This document shows, piece by piece, positions 8,860-18,118 of a stretch of DNA of 22,467 nucleotides. The notes under the pieces are model-generated. The model saw only the letters and a list, made by a program, of their open reading frames with translations, was not told where the DNA came from and searched no databases. The stretch is from a virus (taxonomy: Duplodnaviria > Heunggongvirae > Uroviricota > Caudoviricetes). Positions within the stretch are counted from its first letter, which is position 1; the number at the start of each line of letters is the position of its first letter. Location of the stretch: the IMG/VR virus record IMGVR_UViG_2636415673_000005; one strand, 5' to 3'. The position numbers and the translations under genes were made by a program.

Positions 8860-9501
8860 TCAGCGACCAATCACCACAACCTGACCACCATCCCCTTCGT
8901 CTGCCGTGCTGATCTCCTGAGAAACCACGCGTGACCCCACGCGCATTTCACCGTACAGAACCGGCAGAACATTGCCCTGGGCAACCATGTTATCCAGTGA
9001 AGAAAAATAGGTGTTCTGTTTGCCGTTATCCGTTGTCTGTGTGCGGGGGGTTTTGGGTTTAGGGGCCAGCATCTGTGCAACACCGCCAAGCGTCATACTG
9101 GCACCGAGAGAAAACAGCAGATTACTCGCCATAATTCCTACCCCCGGCATCCATATAGCAACCGCCATAACAGCCGCCCCCAGCACAGCCTGAAACACAC
9201 CGCCACTTTTGGCTCCTGCCAGACGCGGCACGATATGGATCACGGCACCATTTTCCAGCGGCTCATTAAGACGGGCAGACAATTCGGTTTCACCTGCATC
9301 ACGCCCGGCAATGCGTACCTGGTACCAGCCGTCGCTCAGTTTCTGACGAAATGCCGGGATCTGCATGGCCAGCGCCCGGATGGCTTCGGACCCCGTTTTC
9401 ACTCGAAGGTCGATGCGGCGGCCAAATCGTTGTAAATCCCCGTAAAGGCAGATGCGTGCCATGCCCGGTGACGCCAGAGGGAGTGTGTGCGTCGCTGCCA
9501 T
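8860..9501 (-). CDS. I: Tail assembly protein I
   Basis: 213 aa: MAATHTLPLASPGMARICLYGDLQRFGRRIDLRVKTG… …NGKQNTYFSSLDNMVAQGNVLPVLYGEMRVGSRVVSQEISTADEGDGGQVVVIGR. Matches lambda gpI by recollection. Its 5' end overlaps the 3' end of K by 103 nt in another frame, as in lambda. Confidence 0.85.
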   Translation of the reverse strand: MAATHTLPLASPGMARICLYGDLQRFGRRIDLRVKTGSEAIRALAMQIPAFRQKLSDGWYQVRIAGRDAGETELSARLNEPLENGAVIHIVPRLAGAKSGGVFQAVLGAAVMAVAIWMPGVGIMASNLLFSLGASMTLGGVAQMLAPKPKTPRTQTTDNGKQNTYFSSLDNMVAQGNVLPVLYGEMRVGSRVVSQEISTADEGDGGQVVVIGR

Positions 9502-10142
9502 TTGTCGGTGTACCTCTCTCGTTTGCTCAGTTGTTCAGGAATATGGTGCAGCAGCTCGCTGTCACCACAGTAAATGGCGGCATGATTCGGCACCGATGAA
9601 CCAAAACAGCACAGCAGCACATCGCCCGGCTGCGCCGCTGACAACGGCACCTGATACAGCCCTGTGGCCTCCAGATTATCCAGATAGAGATTCTGACCGT
9701 TACGCCACCAGTCATCCCCGCGATGAAAATCCGGCATCTCAATTCCCGCCAGATGGTAAGCGTCCCGGAACAGCGTGTAACAGTCCGTTACCCCGTGCTC
9801 AAAGCGCCGCCCGGTGAGATGCGGCACACAGCGGAATTTATGAATCGCCCCCCGGCAGACCAGCCACCACGGCAAATCACTCTGTACCTGCAGCCGCCGG
9901 TCGGCCTCACTCAGCCAGGGCAGACCACCGGGGTGGCTGTGGACCAGCGCCACAATCTCTCCCTGCATTTCTGCACTCAGCCAGTCCTCCGGCGACATCC
10001 GGAAATACTCCTCCGGCTCACCGGAGATATTCACGCAGGGAAAATATCTTTCCTCCTCCGGCGTTCTCACCACGAAGCCGCACGACTCCGCTGGCGCACA
10101 TCGCCGGGCGTGCGCCAGAATCGCTGATTCTGTCTCTGTCAT
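9399..10142 (-). CDS. K: Tail tip assembly protein K (MPN/JAB-like plus NlpC/P60-like domains)
   Basis: 247-aa ORF MTETESAILAHARRCAPAESCGFVV… with the HSHP metal-binding motif (…VALVHSHPGG…) and a Cys/His region downstream. The internal Met at residue 49 corresponds to a shorter ~199-aa form. Confidence 0.85.
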   Translation of the reverse strand: MTETESAILAHARRCAPAESCGFVVRTPEEERYFPCVNISGEPEEYFRMSPEDWLSAEMQGEIVALVHSHPGGLPWLSEADRRLQVQSDLPWWLVCRGAIHKFRCVPHLTGRRFEHGVTDCYTLFRDAYHLAGIEMPDFHRGDDWWRNGQNLYLDNLEATGLYQVPLSAAQPGDVLLCCFGSSVPNHAAIYCGDSELLHHIPEQLSKRERYTDKWQRRTHSLWRHRAWHASAFTGIYNDLAAASTFE

Positions 10143-10147
10143 GGGAT

Positions 10148-10846
10148 TTACTGCGAAAGTTTGTTAATGGAAAGGAAGCTGCCAAAGTTGCCGACATTAT
10201 TGCGAAACTTACAGCCACTCAGGCATTTGCTGCATTTATCCTTCGTGATATCGGACGTCGGCTGGTCATATTCATCCGCGACCGCCGGACCGCTATAACC
10301 GCACTCATCGCCGCGATAGGTCCAGGTGCAGGTGTTGGCCAGCATGATACGTCCCGGAAAAACAGCGCCATCCGTTTCAGTCGGCGTGGACAGTACAAAA
10401 GAGGCACTGACCGCGCTCAGTTCGCTGCACTGCTCGATGCGCCAGCGGCTGATCACCTCCTGCTCCGGATCGGCTTCGCTGTTTCCGTTGACGAAGTTCA
10501 CCGCATCCAGAAAGCGGGCGTAAACCTTACGCCGGACCACCGTTCCGCCGACCAGACTCTGCAGATCTTCCGCCATCCCGGTGATCATGCCGTGCAGGTT
10601 AGAGACCGCCAGTGTCGGACGGGCAGCACTGCCCTTGCCGTTCATCTCAAATCCACTCCCCTGAATGGGATAGGCCTGATACTGCCGACTCTGCCAGGTG
10701 ACAGACTCACCTTTTTCGTTCTGCTCATTACAGAAAAAGTAGCGATCCCCGCCTACCTCGGTCAGGTCGATTTCCCAGAGCACCACGCTGGCCGACTGCT
10801 CCGCACGAATGCATTCATTCAGCGTTTCCTGTTGTATGTCCTGCAT
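10148..10846 (-). CDS. L: Minor tail protein L
   Basis: 232 aa: [47 protein letters not shown]… with a C-terminal Cys cluster (CSKCLSGCKF). Near-identical to lambda gpL as I recall it. Overlaps M at ATGA. Confidence 0.9.
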   Translation of the reverse strand: MQDIQQETLNECIRAEQSASVVLWEIDLTEVGGDRYFFCNEQNEKGESVTWQSRQYQAYPIQGSGFEMNGKGSAARPTLAVSNLHGMITGMAEDLQSLVGGTVVRRKVYARFLDAVNFVNGNSEADPEQEVISRWRIEQCSELSAVSASFVLSTPTETDGAVFPGRIMLANTCTWTYRGDECGYSGPAVADEYDQPTSDITKDKCSKCLSGCKFRNNVGNFGSFLSINKLSQ

Positions 10847-11184
10847 CAGATCACCACTTCGTCAAACTGACACGAAAAATCGGTATAGGTGATATGTTCT
10901 GTTGCTGACCACGTTCGACACACCACTCTGATTTTTCTGTTAATACCCGGCGGGCGCCAAAAAAAAGATTTATAGCCTTCATGCCGGGCTAAAAATTTTT
11001 CAAATGAATCACGTTCATTCGCCTCAACTTTGAAATCACAGGTGAAAACGCGCAGAGAATGATTAAGTCCATTTGGACTTCGTTGCTCATAACCATCGCC
11101 AAATCTTACAGTTTTTATCGATGGTTTATTTTCTGTTTTCATTCCATCCTCTGGTAACCAGTGAAATTCTTCCGTATTAGCCAC
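10846..11184 (-). CDS. M: Minor tail protein M
   Basis: 112 aa containing …[16 protein letters not shown]…[16 protein letters not shown]…, lambda gpM-like; in the conserved position between the tape measure and L. Confidence 0.85.
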   Translation of the reverse strand: MANTEEFHWLPEDGMKTENKPSIKTVRFGDGYEQRSPNGLNHSLRVFTCDFKVEANERDSFEKFLARHEGYKSFFWRPPGINRKIRVVCRTWSATEHITYTDFSCQFDEVVI

Positions 11185-14100
11185 TTAACATTCCCCCATC
11201 ACGTCGCATATTTAACAGATTGCCCTGCACCCGCTGATCAACCATCCCCATAAGTGCTTTTATTGCCTGAGGGCCAATCTCTCCATTCTGGCCGTCATTT
11301 TGAACAGTGATTTGGTATACAGGGGCATAGGTAATATCTCCGCCTCCATTACCACTTTTACTATTAACAGCTCTGACACCAAGAGAACCATCGGAAGTTC
11401 GTGTTAATGGCATAATGGCTTCCGGACCAGCCTCACCAAAAACACCAGCCCCTCTTGCAAAAGCAAAAAATTGCGGGGAATCATAAATACCGTTCGAATA
11501 CGTGTTCAATGACGGAGACTCATAAACACCGCCCTTTGCATTCGGAATAAATTTACTAATAGCACTCCCGATAGTTCCTAAAATCCCCCCAGAAGAACTG
11601 TTACTAATGCTGTAGAAAATCCCAGTAATTGAAGCCTTTAATGCTATTCGACTAAGATCCGAAATCACGGAAGTAGCGAAAGAACGAAAATTTGCTTTGC
11701 CTGTCGTGACAAAATCACCCAGCGCATCGGTCATTCCATCAAACATCTGAGTCGTGGTTGATTTTATCTGCTCACTGATATCCTTAGTGTCATCCAGCCA
11801 GTTATTGAATCCCTGGGAGGCACCACTAACCCAGTCTCCTGCCTGAATATCGAGCTGCTCGTTTTTCTGTCTGACAATTTCTTTTTCTCGTTCCAGAGCA
11901 TCATTCAGAGCCTGCATTTTCTCCTGAAAAACATGATTTGACATCCCACGGGATTTATCTGCATAGTCACGTTCAAGTTGCAGACGCTGATTGTTATATT
12001 CACGTTCAATCCGCAGTAATTCCTGCTGGCGTTGCTGATTTTTATCGCCAACCCCATAACCAGCAATCTGAATATCATACCCCTGTTGACGATTATCAAT
12101 CGAAGCCTGCAATGAATCACGCCATGCAGCTATTTCGGCGGATTCCTTGATTAGCCTGTTATTTTTTTCAATCGCAACATTTTTCTCCATCAACGCGGTT
12201 ATTTCTTCCCGGTGTAAGAGAAGCGATTTCTGATCCTTGGTTAATTTCGATGACGGTCGTGACTCCAGGTCGGCAATCTGCTGACGCCACTTAACCAGTT
12301 CCTGTTCAGAGGAACTTAATTTAACGGTTAATTCAGTTTGTGAACTTAGTAACGCATTCTGTTGATTCAGATGATCAATCATTCGTTGGGCAGCATCATC
12401 CGAATAACCTTTCGCCTTTGGTTGCTTTGGATCTTTATAACGCTCATTTATTTGAGCGATAAGATTATTATATTCTTCCTTTGAATACTGACTCTTTAGT
12501 TTTTCCAGTTTTGCAAGTTCACTAGCTCTCTGCTGCTCCCGGGTCTGATATTGTTTTGAAAAGGCATCTGCTCTCTGTCTGAGTTCAATTCCTTCCTGTT
12601 GTCGCTTGTTGTAATCGTTTATTGATGAATTTAGTACGTCCTGAGCAATTTTTTCTGCTTGAAGTACGCCCAATTGCTGCTTTAATCGTGCCAGCCTTTT
12701 ATTTTGAGCTCCGCCATCTCCAATGCCACCTAACCCGAAAACTCCGGGTCGGGTATTTTTTTCTATTTCATCAATTTGACGGAGAACATCTGAGATTTTT
12801 TGATCAAGGGAGGCCTCACGGCCAATATCCAGCATGGAATCCCATGCCCATTTTGCGGAGTCTGCGACAGCTTTCCATGCAGTCTCAAGATAACCAAGAT
12901 TTTCTTTAATCTGGTTGGTGCGCTGGATCATTGAGGATGAGTATGCTTCTGTCGCAATGCGGGCGGCCTCCTGCTGGTTCCCTTCATCCTGTAGCGCCTT
13001 AATCTGGTTATAAGTCGCAATTGTCAGAAAATGGTACTGATCATTAAGTTTTGATATGGCACTGACAGGATCCTTTGCAATTTCATTGAAGTCATTAACC
13101 AGTTGTTCGGTTGATATTCCTGTTACTTCGCTCGTTTTTACTATCGCTGTCGTCACTTGCTCCAGCGAACTGCTCGCTACCTTTCCCGAACGCACAAGCT
13201 GGTTTAATACTGCCGCCGCAGCGCCAGTTGTCGAATCAGCCGCATTCCCGGCACGTTGAACTATATCGGCCAATTGCCCGCTGGTTGTCCCCAACTGATT
13301 TCCGGTAAGAATAAGAGACTTATTAAATTCGTCCTGCTCCTGAGAGCCTTTATAGTAAGCCAGCCCTAAGACGCCAACGGCTGCTGCGGCCAGGGTAAAA
13401 GGATTAATTAATCCCAGCACATAAGAACCAACACCTTTGATCGCCGGGCCAATCCCACCGAACATATCTTTTAGCTGGCCGCCCTGCTGCATTAACACCA
13501 TAAAAGGCGACTGACCAGTGGACAACCCAACAACAATATCCGTCATTTGTGCAGGCAACATGCGCATAGCAAAAGCCGTTTGTTTTGCCGACATTCCGGT
13601 TTTGCTTAATTGAGATTGAGTAACCTCAAGCTCACTCCGCATAGCACGAAGTTTTCCAGAAAGTTCCTCATACATTTCAGGAGAGAGCATCCCCTTAGCT
13701 TTTGCTTCATTGAGCTGTTTCTGTTGTTCTACCAGACGATTAAAAGCAGTTCCGACAGGGTCAAGTTGAGCAATCAGACGTTGCAAAGCAGCAACCTGTT
13801 CATCATGCGCTTTTGCTGCTTCTCGCTCTGCCTGAGCCTCTCCGGTAAGCTCTCGCCGTGTTTCCTGTATTTTTCGGCTATAATTCTCAAACTGAGAACC
13901 ATTTATTTTCCCGGATGCAAACGCAGCATTAAGTTCATCCTGCTGTTGTTCAAGATTTCTTAGCGCCGCAGCCAGAGGGTCGATCTTGTCCAGCATTCTT
14001 TGAAAGGCCTGAGTCTGCGCTTCCTGCTGGGCGGCAGCAAGTTTTCCGGCCTTCTCGGCTTCTCTCTGCGCTTGCGCAACCCCGCTCAATTCCTCTGTGG

Positions 14101-14410
14101 TTTCATTAAGTTTACGGACAAGAAATTCATATTCTTCTTTATCAATAAGCCCTTTATCGAAAAATTTCTTTAATTCAGAATAGCGTCGACCGACAGTATC
14201 AATTGCGGCACCAACTGGATCAATAGCTGCTTTTAATTTTGCGAGCGCGTTCTTCTCATCTTCTGTTGCCTTAGTCACTTTCCCTGCGCTATTTGCAGCA
14301 GTTTCCCCGGCCTGCGTCATTTTGACTAATGAGGAGGTCAGATTGTCAGCATTATTTTTTGCTCCAGTGCTATCAATAATTATTGCGAGACGCGAGGTTT
14401 GCTCTGCCAT
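11177..14410 (-). CDS. H: Tail tape measure protein
   Basis: 1077-aa ORF in the canonical position after G/GT. Mostly alpha-helical, with N-terminal ~70-aa repeats, a hydrophobic/Gly-rich central segment, and a C-terminal region (…MLNSESP…) typical of lambda H-type tape measures. GGAG lies upstream of the ATG. Confidence 0.9.
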   Translation of the reverse strand: MAEQTSRLAIIIDSTGAKNNADNLTSSLVKMTQAGETAANSAGKVTKATEDEKNALAKLKAAIDPVGAAIDTVGRRYSELKKFFDKGLIDKEEYEFLVRKLNETTEELSGVAQAQREAEKAGKLAAAQQEAQTQAFQRMLDKIDPLAAALRNLEQQQDELNAAFASGKINGSQFENYSRKIQETRRELTGEAQAEREAAKAHDEQVAALQRLIAQLDPVGTAFNRLVEQQKQLNEAKAKGMLSPEMYEELSGKLRAMRSELEVTQSQLSKTGMSAKQTAFAMRMLPAQMTDIVVGLSTGQSPFMVLMQQGGQLKDMFGGIGPAIKGVGSYVLGLINPFTLAAAAVGVLGLAYYKGSQEQDEFNKSLILTGNQLGTTSGQLADIVQRAGNAADSTTGAAAAVLNQLVRSGKVASSSLEQVTTAIVKTSEVTGISTEQLVNDFNEIAKDPVSAISKLNDQYHFLTIATYNQIKALQDEGNQQEAARIATEAYSSSMIQRTNQIKENLGYLETAWKAVADSAKWAWDSMLDIGREASLDQKISDVLRQIDEIEKNTRPGVFGLGGIGDGGAQNKRLARLKQQLGVLQAEKIAQDVLNSSINDYNKRQQEGIELRQRADAFSKQYQTREQQRASELAKLEKLKSQYSKEEYNNLIAQINERYKDPKQPKAKGYSDDAAQRMIDHLNQQNALLSSQTELTVKLSSSEQELVKWRQQIADLESRPSSKLTKDQKSLLLHREEITALMEKNVAIEKNNRLIKESAEIAAWRDSLQASIDNRQQGYDIQIAGYGVGDKNQQRQQELLRIEREYNNQRLQLERDYADKSRGMSNHVFQEKMQALNDALEREKEIVRQKNEQLDIQAGDWVSGASQGFNNWLDDTKDISEQIKSTTTQMFDGMTDALGDFVTTGKANFRSFATSVISDLSRIALKASITGIFYSISNSSSGGILGTIGSAISKFIPNAKGGVYESPSLNTYSNGIYDSPQFFAFARGAGVFGEAGPEAIMPLTRTSDGSLGVRAVNSKSGNGGGDITYAPVYQITVQNDGQNGEIGPQAIKALMGMVDQRVQGNLLNMRRDGGMLSG
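13570..14230 (-). repeat. Three diverged ~70-75-aa tandem repeats in the N-terminal part of the tape measure protein
   Basis: Seen in translation: [21 protein letters not shown]…, [21 protein letters not shown]…, [21 protein letters not shown]…, each followed by an E/Q/A-rich helix. Boundaries are approximate. Confidence 0.5.
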
Positions 14411-14435
14411 TTATTAAAACTCCAGACAACAAAAA

Positions 14436-14451
14436 GCCCACCGAAGTGGGT
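14436..14451 (-). terminator. UUCG-tetraloop hairpin with U-tract in the gap before the tape measure gene (attenuator-like)
   Basis: Seen in sequence: minus-strand RNA CCCAC-UUCG-GUGGG followed by CUUUUUGUUG, about 25 nt upstream of the tape-measure start codon. Confidence 0.35.
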
Positions 14452-14573
14452 TTCAGGCGACATAATAGTAGATATAGCGATTACGAGGCCACGCAATGCT
14501 TTTCTCCAGGAGCATCATCGATTTAATTAAAGACACCATCACATCTCTGTAACAGAGTGTACGTAATTAACAA

Positions 14574-14894
14574 CTACACACACTGCTCCTGAAAATACTG
14601 GTCATCCAGTGCAAAGATCACTGCTTCAAACTCATCGCGCTCAATCAATACCGGATGAGTGGCTAAATATTCATTTATCTCTGTCAGAGATAAAGGCAAA
14701 GGCACCCCGGTCATTCCAGCATAACGTCGGGCACGGGATATTACCGAATAGGCGTACAACAATTCCTTAAGCACCGGGTCTATTTCTGGTTCCGGTATCG
14801 GTGGCAACCTGAGTTTTTCTCGCTTCCATCTTGCCTTTTCCCCCCTTTCTCCCCCGAACTCCGATAACCACCGCTGGGCGGCTATGGCTTTTTT
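14574..14894 (-). CDS. T-like frameshift extension of the tail assembly chaperone (expressed only as a G-T fusion)
   Basis: The -1 frame is open from the slippery site at 14888-14894 down to the stop at 14574 (…AIAAQRWLSEFGGERGEKARWKREKLRLPPIPEPEIDPVLKELL…). The ORF-track 'start' at 14807 is a TTG, and there is no independent ribosome-binding site. Confidence 0.6.
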   Translation of the reverse strand, partial: KKAIAAQRWLSEFGGERGEKARWKREKLRLPPIPEPEIDPVLKELLYAYSVISRARRYAGMTGVPLPLSLTEINEYLATHPVLIERDEFEAVIFALDDQYFQEQCV

Positions 14895-15343
14895 ATCGTA
14901 TCCTGCTTCTGCTGCTCTTTACCCTGGGCGATGCTGGCTGCTTCTGCAAGGATCTGCCAGTACAACTCTGGATTCTGCTTAAGCAGCGCGATCCCTCGTT
15001 CTGGCGTATATTCCAGTGCAACCTCAGCACCATTAACCAGTTCACCAACCCCTTTCCAGTCTTTCAGCAGATAACGAGCAGCATTATCAATGAGTAAATC
15101 ATCAACAGAATCTACCTCGGAAACCTTTGAAATATCAAACTCCTTCGTTCCGACGTGCAAACTGGCATCCATTTTCTCAATGTGACGACGGATTAATGCA
15201 TTACGGGAGCGATACTGATCGTTATCGCTGCTTGCCACCAACAGTTTTAACCCGTCTATAGGTTTTAAGTCCTTCATTGGCGTAAACCAGCGTTCTCCAC
15301 CGATGATAATTTTCTGATTAAGAATAAACATCCATAACCTCAT
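14882..15343 (-). CDS. Tail assembly chaperone (gpG-like)
   Basis: About 150-aa acidic protein between the major tail protein and the tape measure, ending in the slippery sequence. An alternative start is the ATG at 15331, which has GAGG 5-8 nt upstream. Confidence 0.65.
   Translation of the reverse strand: MRLWMFILNQKIIIGGERWFTPMKDLKPIDGLKLLVASSDNDQYRSRNALIRRHIEKMDASLHVGTKEFDISKVSEVDSVDDLLIDNAARYLLKDWKGVGELVNGAEVALEYTPERGIALLKQNPELYWQILAEAASIAQGKEQQKQDTIKKP
14888..14894 (-). promoter_or_regulatory. Programmed -1 ribosomal frameshift slippery heptamer A_AAA_AAG (G to GT)
   Basis: Seen in sequence: minus strand …ACG AUA AAA AAG CCA UAG. The zero frame stops two codons later, while the -1 frame continues in frame with the downstream ORF (14888-14807 = 81, divisible by 3). 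Confidence 0.6.
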
Positions 15344-15352
15344 TCAATGCGT

Positions 15353-15379
15353 CCCCCTGTAGTGCAGTACCACAGGGGG
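15353..15379 (-). promoter_or_regulatory. 8-bp stem-loop in the major tail / chaperone intergenic region, overlapping a possible ribosome-binding site for the first chaperone ATG
   Basis: Seen in sequence: CCCCCTGT (15353-15360) pairs with ACAGGGGG (15372-15379), with an 11-nt loop. No U-tract follows on the minus strand, so it is not a classical terminator. Confidence 0.4.
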
Positions 15380-15391
15380 AATAACGGAAAA

Positions 15392-16354
15392 TCAACTAAT
15401 CGCATCAGCACTGGCTTTTGCGATCACGGCAGTCGGGGAGCATTTTTTTCTGGTTATCGTAGGTGCTTCATCTGCTGCGGTAATGCTCAATTGAACCTGG
15501 ATAATGTCAGTATTACCCCCATCAGGCCATTCACCTGACACCTGAACCTTCGGGAAACTGAAAGTGTATGCCCCCTCTCCATTCGAAAGCGTGAAGCTGA
15601 ACGGAACTGTTTCTCCAGTCAGTGTTTTACTCCAGATTTCCCACGCGGCTTTAGACCATGAAAGCGTCACCGTACCGGACGGTGTAAAAGTAGTCGGAAT
15701 ATTTGCTCCTGCATAAGGCGAGCCAGTCCCGATACAACGCTGTGTCTGGAGTTTGTTATCGAACTGAATATCAAAACTGTCGATACAAAAACCGTTACCT
15801 CCGGCAACACCATTCAGGCTTACTGCTGAAACCGCCTTAAACGAATAGCGTAACTTTCCTGCACTATCCACAGGTTCGCCTTTGATAAAATTCGTATCAT
15901 CGGCCTTTGATTCCCAGCCCAGCCCGGCAAAGGTTACGGTCGCTGTAATATCGCCGTCGTTAGGGATCTGCATTTTCCATGAGCCAACCTGCGCTCCTCT
16001 GACGACAGAGGCAATTCCGACATCGGACGCATAGGTCGCCAGAGAAAATGTTATTCGCTCATTCCCCATTGTCAGAGAATCGCCTGACCATTCCGCGCCG
16101 AAACAGGATGCAAGAAAATCATCATGTTGACCCCAGCGAAATTTGGTACCAACATCACCGCCGACATCCACAGTGCCAGGCGTCGCCCCCTGAGCCATCC
16201 GGGAGCCACCAATCTCATTATTTTCGCCTTTATTCTGGGTGGGTTTTACTCCCCAGCTTGTGCGTTTTAATAAACTCCAGTCACCACTTGCTGGCGTAGT
16301 GCCTGCAACTGTCTCCCGGATAAATGCCGAGATAACCTTTGCACCTGAACTCAC
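15392..16354 (-). CDS. Major tail (tube) protein
   Basis: 320 aa, Gly/Thr/Ser-rich, immediately upstream of the G/GT chaperone pair, which is the conserved position of the major tail protein. AGGAG lies upstream of the ATG. No sequence-level match recalled. Confidence 0.7.
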   Translation of the reverse strand: MSSGAKVISAFIRETVAGTTPASGDWSLLKRTSWGVKPTQNKGENNEIGGSRMAQGATPGTVDVGGDVGTKFRWGQHDDFLASCFGAEWSGDSLTMGNERITFSLATYASDVGIASVVRGAQVGSWKMQIPNDGDITATVTFAGLGWESKADDTNFIKGEPVDSAGKLRYSFKAVSAVSLNGVAGGNGFCIDSFDIQFDNKLQTQRCIGTGSPYAGANIPTTFTPSGTVTLSWSKAAWEIWSKTLTGETVPFSFTLSNGEGAYTFSFPKVQVSGEWPDGGNTDIIQVQLSITAADEAPTITRKKCSPTAVIAKASADAIS

Positions 16355-16380
16355 AGGAGCCTCCTATGTCATTAATTGCG

Positions 16381-16773
16381 CTAGAGCGCGCGATATGGAA
16401 TTTGAAGATTAAGCTGGAACCAGCCATTCTTTTCGCCGACGGCTATTGAGGAAACAGCCTGGTAACTGAGACGATCGTCATCCTGAAACTCAAACAGTTC
16501 CCGCAATTTATCGGCTGTCTCAGTAATGAGTTTTGAACCAGAACCTGCGGGGACAAATAACTGAATAATGATTATCCCCGTGCGATAAACAACCGGCCCC
16601 GCGCCAATTTCATTAACTCCAGCTTGCCCGGGAATATTACTTAACCGCGCCCAGATTAACTTACCGGAAGGATCGAACGTTGGCCCGTTCGGATACAATA
16701 CGTCTTTTCCATCAATAATCGTCTGTGCCGTCATTCTGGAAATAACCGTATTTCTGATTTCAGTAAACTTCAT
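16381..16773 (-). CDS. Tail terminator protein (gpU-like)
   Basis: 130 aa. The N-terminus MKFTEIRNTVISRM resembles lambda gpU (MKHTELRAAV…), and the position directly upstream of the major tail gene fits. Confidence 0.55.
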   Translation of the reverse strand: MKFTEIRNTVISRMTAQTIIDGKDVLYPNGPTFDPSGKLIWARLSNIPGQAGVNEIGAGPVVYRTGIIIIQLFVPAGSGSKLITETADKLRELFEFQDDDRLSYQAVSSIAVGEKNGWFQLNLQIPYRAL

Positions 16774-17150
16774 TTGTAAGCCTGTAAAACACCATGAAAA
16801 GCGTTGGCATACACGCCAGTTGGCGCTTGTTGTGAATGACCGTTTTCAAGAGCCTCTGCATAAGGAAGGTTATTCTGGATATAAATAACCCCGTAATTTG
16901 CAGCTTTCGAAATAACCCCGATCCCACGCTGAACAGCAATCGTACCGTTCGGATCCACGTTATCAGATATACCAAAATCGGGATGCTGTAACGACACCAG
17001 GTTGTTATTTCTGAAACGTCCGGTATCAACCGGAGCAGCAATATCAATAGCAGTAAGAATCTGAATAGCGATGTAGCGAATCTTCAGCCCTACATCTTCC
17101 TCAATCATCCCGGCAAATATTGACGGTTCTATATCCCATGCCTTTGCCAT
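16770..17150 (-). CDS. Head-tail joining / tail completion protein (HK97 gp10-like)
   Basis: 126 aa with a …VDTGRFRNN… motif reminiscent of the HK97 gp10 family; positioned between the head and tail modules. Confidence 0.45.
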   Translation of the reverse strand: MAKAWDIEPSIFAGMIEEDVGLKIRYIAIQILTAIDIAAPVDTGRFRNNNLVSLQHPDFGISDNVDPNGTIAVQRGIGVISKAANYGVIYIQNNLPYAEALENGHSQQAPTGVYANAFHGVLQAYK

Positions 17151-17534
17151 TTACGCTCTCCTTAACTGGATAGAGTAAACTGATGCGGAAGGATCTACAC
17201 TTGCTGTAATTACCTCGTATCGTTGTAACTGCCTTGATACAGGATCATAAATCTCAATAATATGGTCGACAGCTGGTTTATCCGTAACCTCGCATACCAG
17301 AGCGGTTAATTTAAGGTCACCATGCAAAATATTAATCCCATCAATTCTGCCCAGCTTATAACGTGTCAACACGCCTCGCCCGGTATAGATTGCGGTGGAT
17401 TCGCCGCCAGTTTCCGTCACAGGATCCCAGTGCCGGTGCGTAACGTAAGAACCAGAAAAATCACTCACGGCGTCCGCTAAATCCTCATCAAAAGCAGCGG
17501 CAACCTCTGACTGAATCTCTTCACGAAGCCCCAT
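17151..17534 (-). CDS. Head-tail joining / head closure protein (gpFII-like position)
   Basis: 127-aa ORF in a tightly packed run of small genes between the capsid and tail genes. Assignment is by position and size only. Confidence 0.4.
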   Translation of the reverse strand: MGLREEIQSEVAAAFDEDLADAVSDFSGSYVTHRHWDPVTETGGESTAIYTGRGVLTRYKLGRIDGINILHGDLKLTALVCEVTDKPAVDHIIEIYDPVSRQLQRYEVITASVDPSASVYSIQLRRA

Positions 17535-17929
17535 TATCCCCCCCTCACAACCCTGACTTGTGAGCGACTAAGTCCGTACGGTTTCAGCAGTGCTATCGCA
17601 AGCTGTAAATCGGGTTCAAGCAATGCAGTGCTGTTTGCTGGCAACTCAGAAAATGATTTCGATACACTGACCCCGTCAGCCGACACGGCTTTACTGATAA
17701 CAACGCCAGAATCATTTTTCTGCTGAAACAACTTACCGAATGAGGCAATTCTGGCTGCATATGCTCCCGCAAGTTTTACCTCTTCCGGAATATGGGATGG
17801 GTTAATTTTCAGGTTGAAGCCATTAAGCCAGGCATTAGCCATTAAAACAGCTTTATTTTTAGCGTTCTCACTCGTCCAGGCGTTCCCAAACGCATTATCA
17901 ACGTCATCACAGGTCACGTAAGTGATCAT
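17534..17929 (-). CDS. Head-tail connector/adaptor protein (small alpha-helical protein)
   Basis: 131-aa ORF immediately downstream of the capsid gene cluster. GGAG lies upstream, overlapping the stop of the preceding small ORF. Family assignment is tentative. Confidence 0.4.
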   Translation of the reverse strand: MITYVTCDDVDNAFGNAWTSENAKNKAVLMANAWLNGFNLKINPSHIPEEVKLAGAYAARIASFGKLFQQKNDSGVVISKAVSADGVSVSKSFSELPANSTALLEPDLQLAIALLKPYGLSRSQVRVVRGG

Positions 17930-17932
17930 GTG

Positions 17933-18109
17933 TTACTCCTGAGTTTTCCAGCCCATAGCCTTCCAGTTGTCAACTTCATCAGGATGAACATTAGCGATAG
18001 TTGGTGCGCCGGGAAACATCTGATAATCGGTCACCATAACCACTAACTCAATTTGCGTTTTTTGTGCGGCTTCACGCTGTGCTCTTTGCTCTTTAGTTAA
18101 TCCGGCCAT
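17933..18109 (-). CDS. Small ORF (58 aa) between the capsid and connector genes, not in the supplied ORF track
   Basis: By my reading of the minus strand: ATG at 18109, TAA at 17933-17935, translation MAGLTKEQRAQREAAQKTQIELVVMVTDYQMFPGAPTIANVHPDEVDNWKAMGWKTQE. G-rich ribosome-binding site upstream. Packed between a terminator and the next gene. Confidence 0.3.
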   Translation of the reverse strand: MAGLTKEQRAQREAAQKTQIELVVMVTDYQMFPGAPTIANVHPDEVDNWKAMGWKTQE

Positions 18110-18118
18110 ATGCCCCCC

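Noticed and set aside
9011-10127. Several 60-134-aa ORFs on both strands overlapping K and I
   Set aside because: All lie inside the K and I genes, which have strong lambda homology; they have no ribosome-binding sites or recognisable features.
14807-14807. TTG 'start' of the 77-aa ORF at 14574-14807 as an independent gene
   Set aside because: No ribosome-binding site, and the frame is open upstream all the way to the slippery heptamer; better explained as the frameshift extension of the chaperone.
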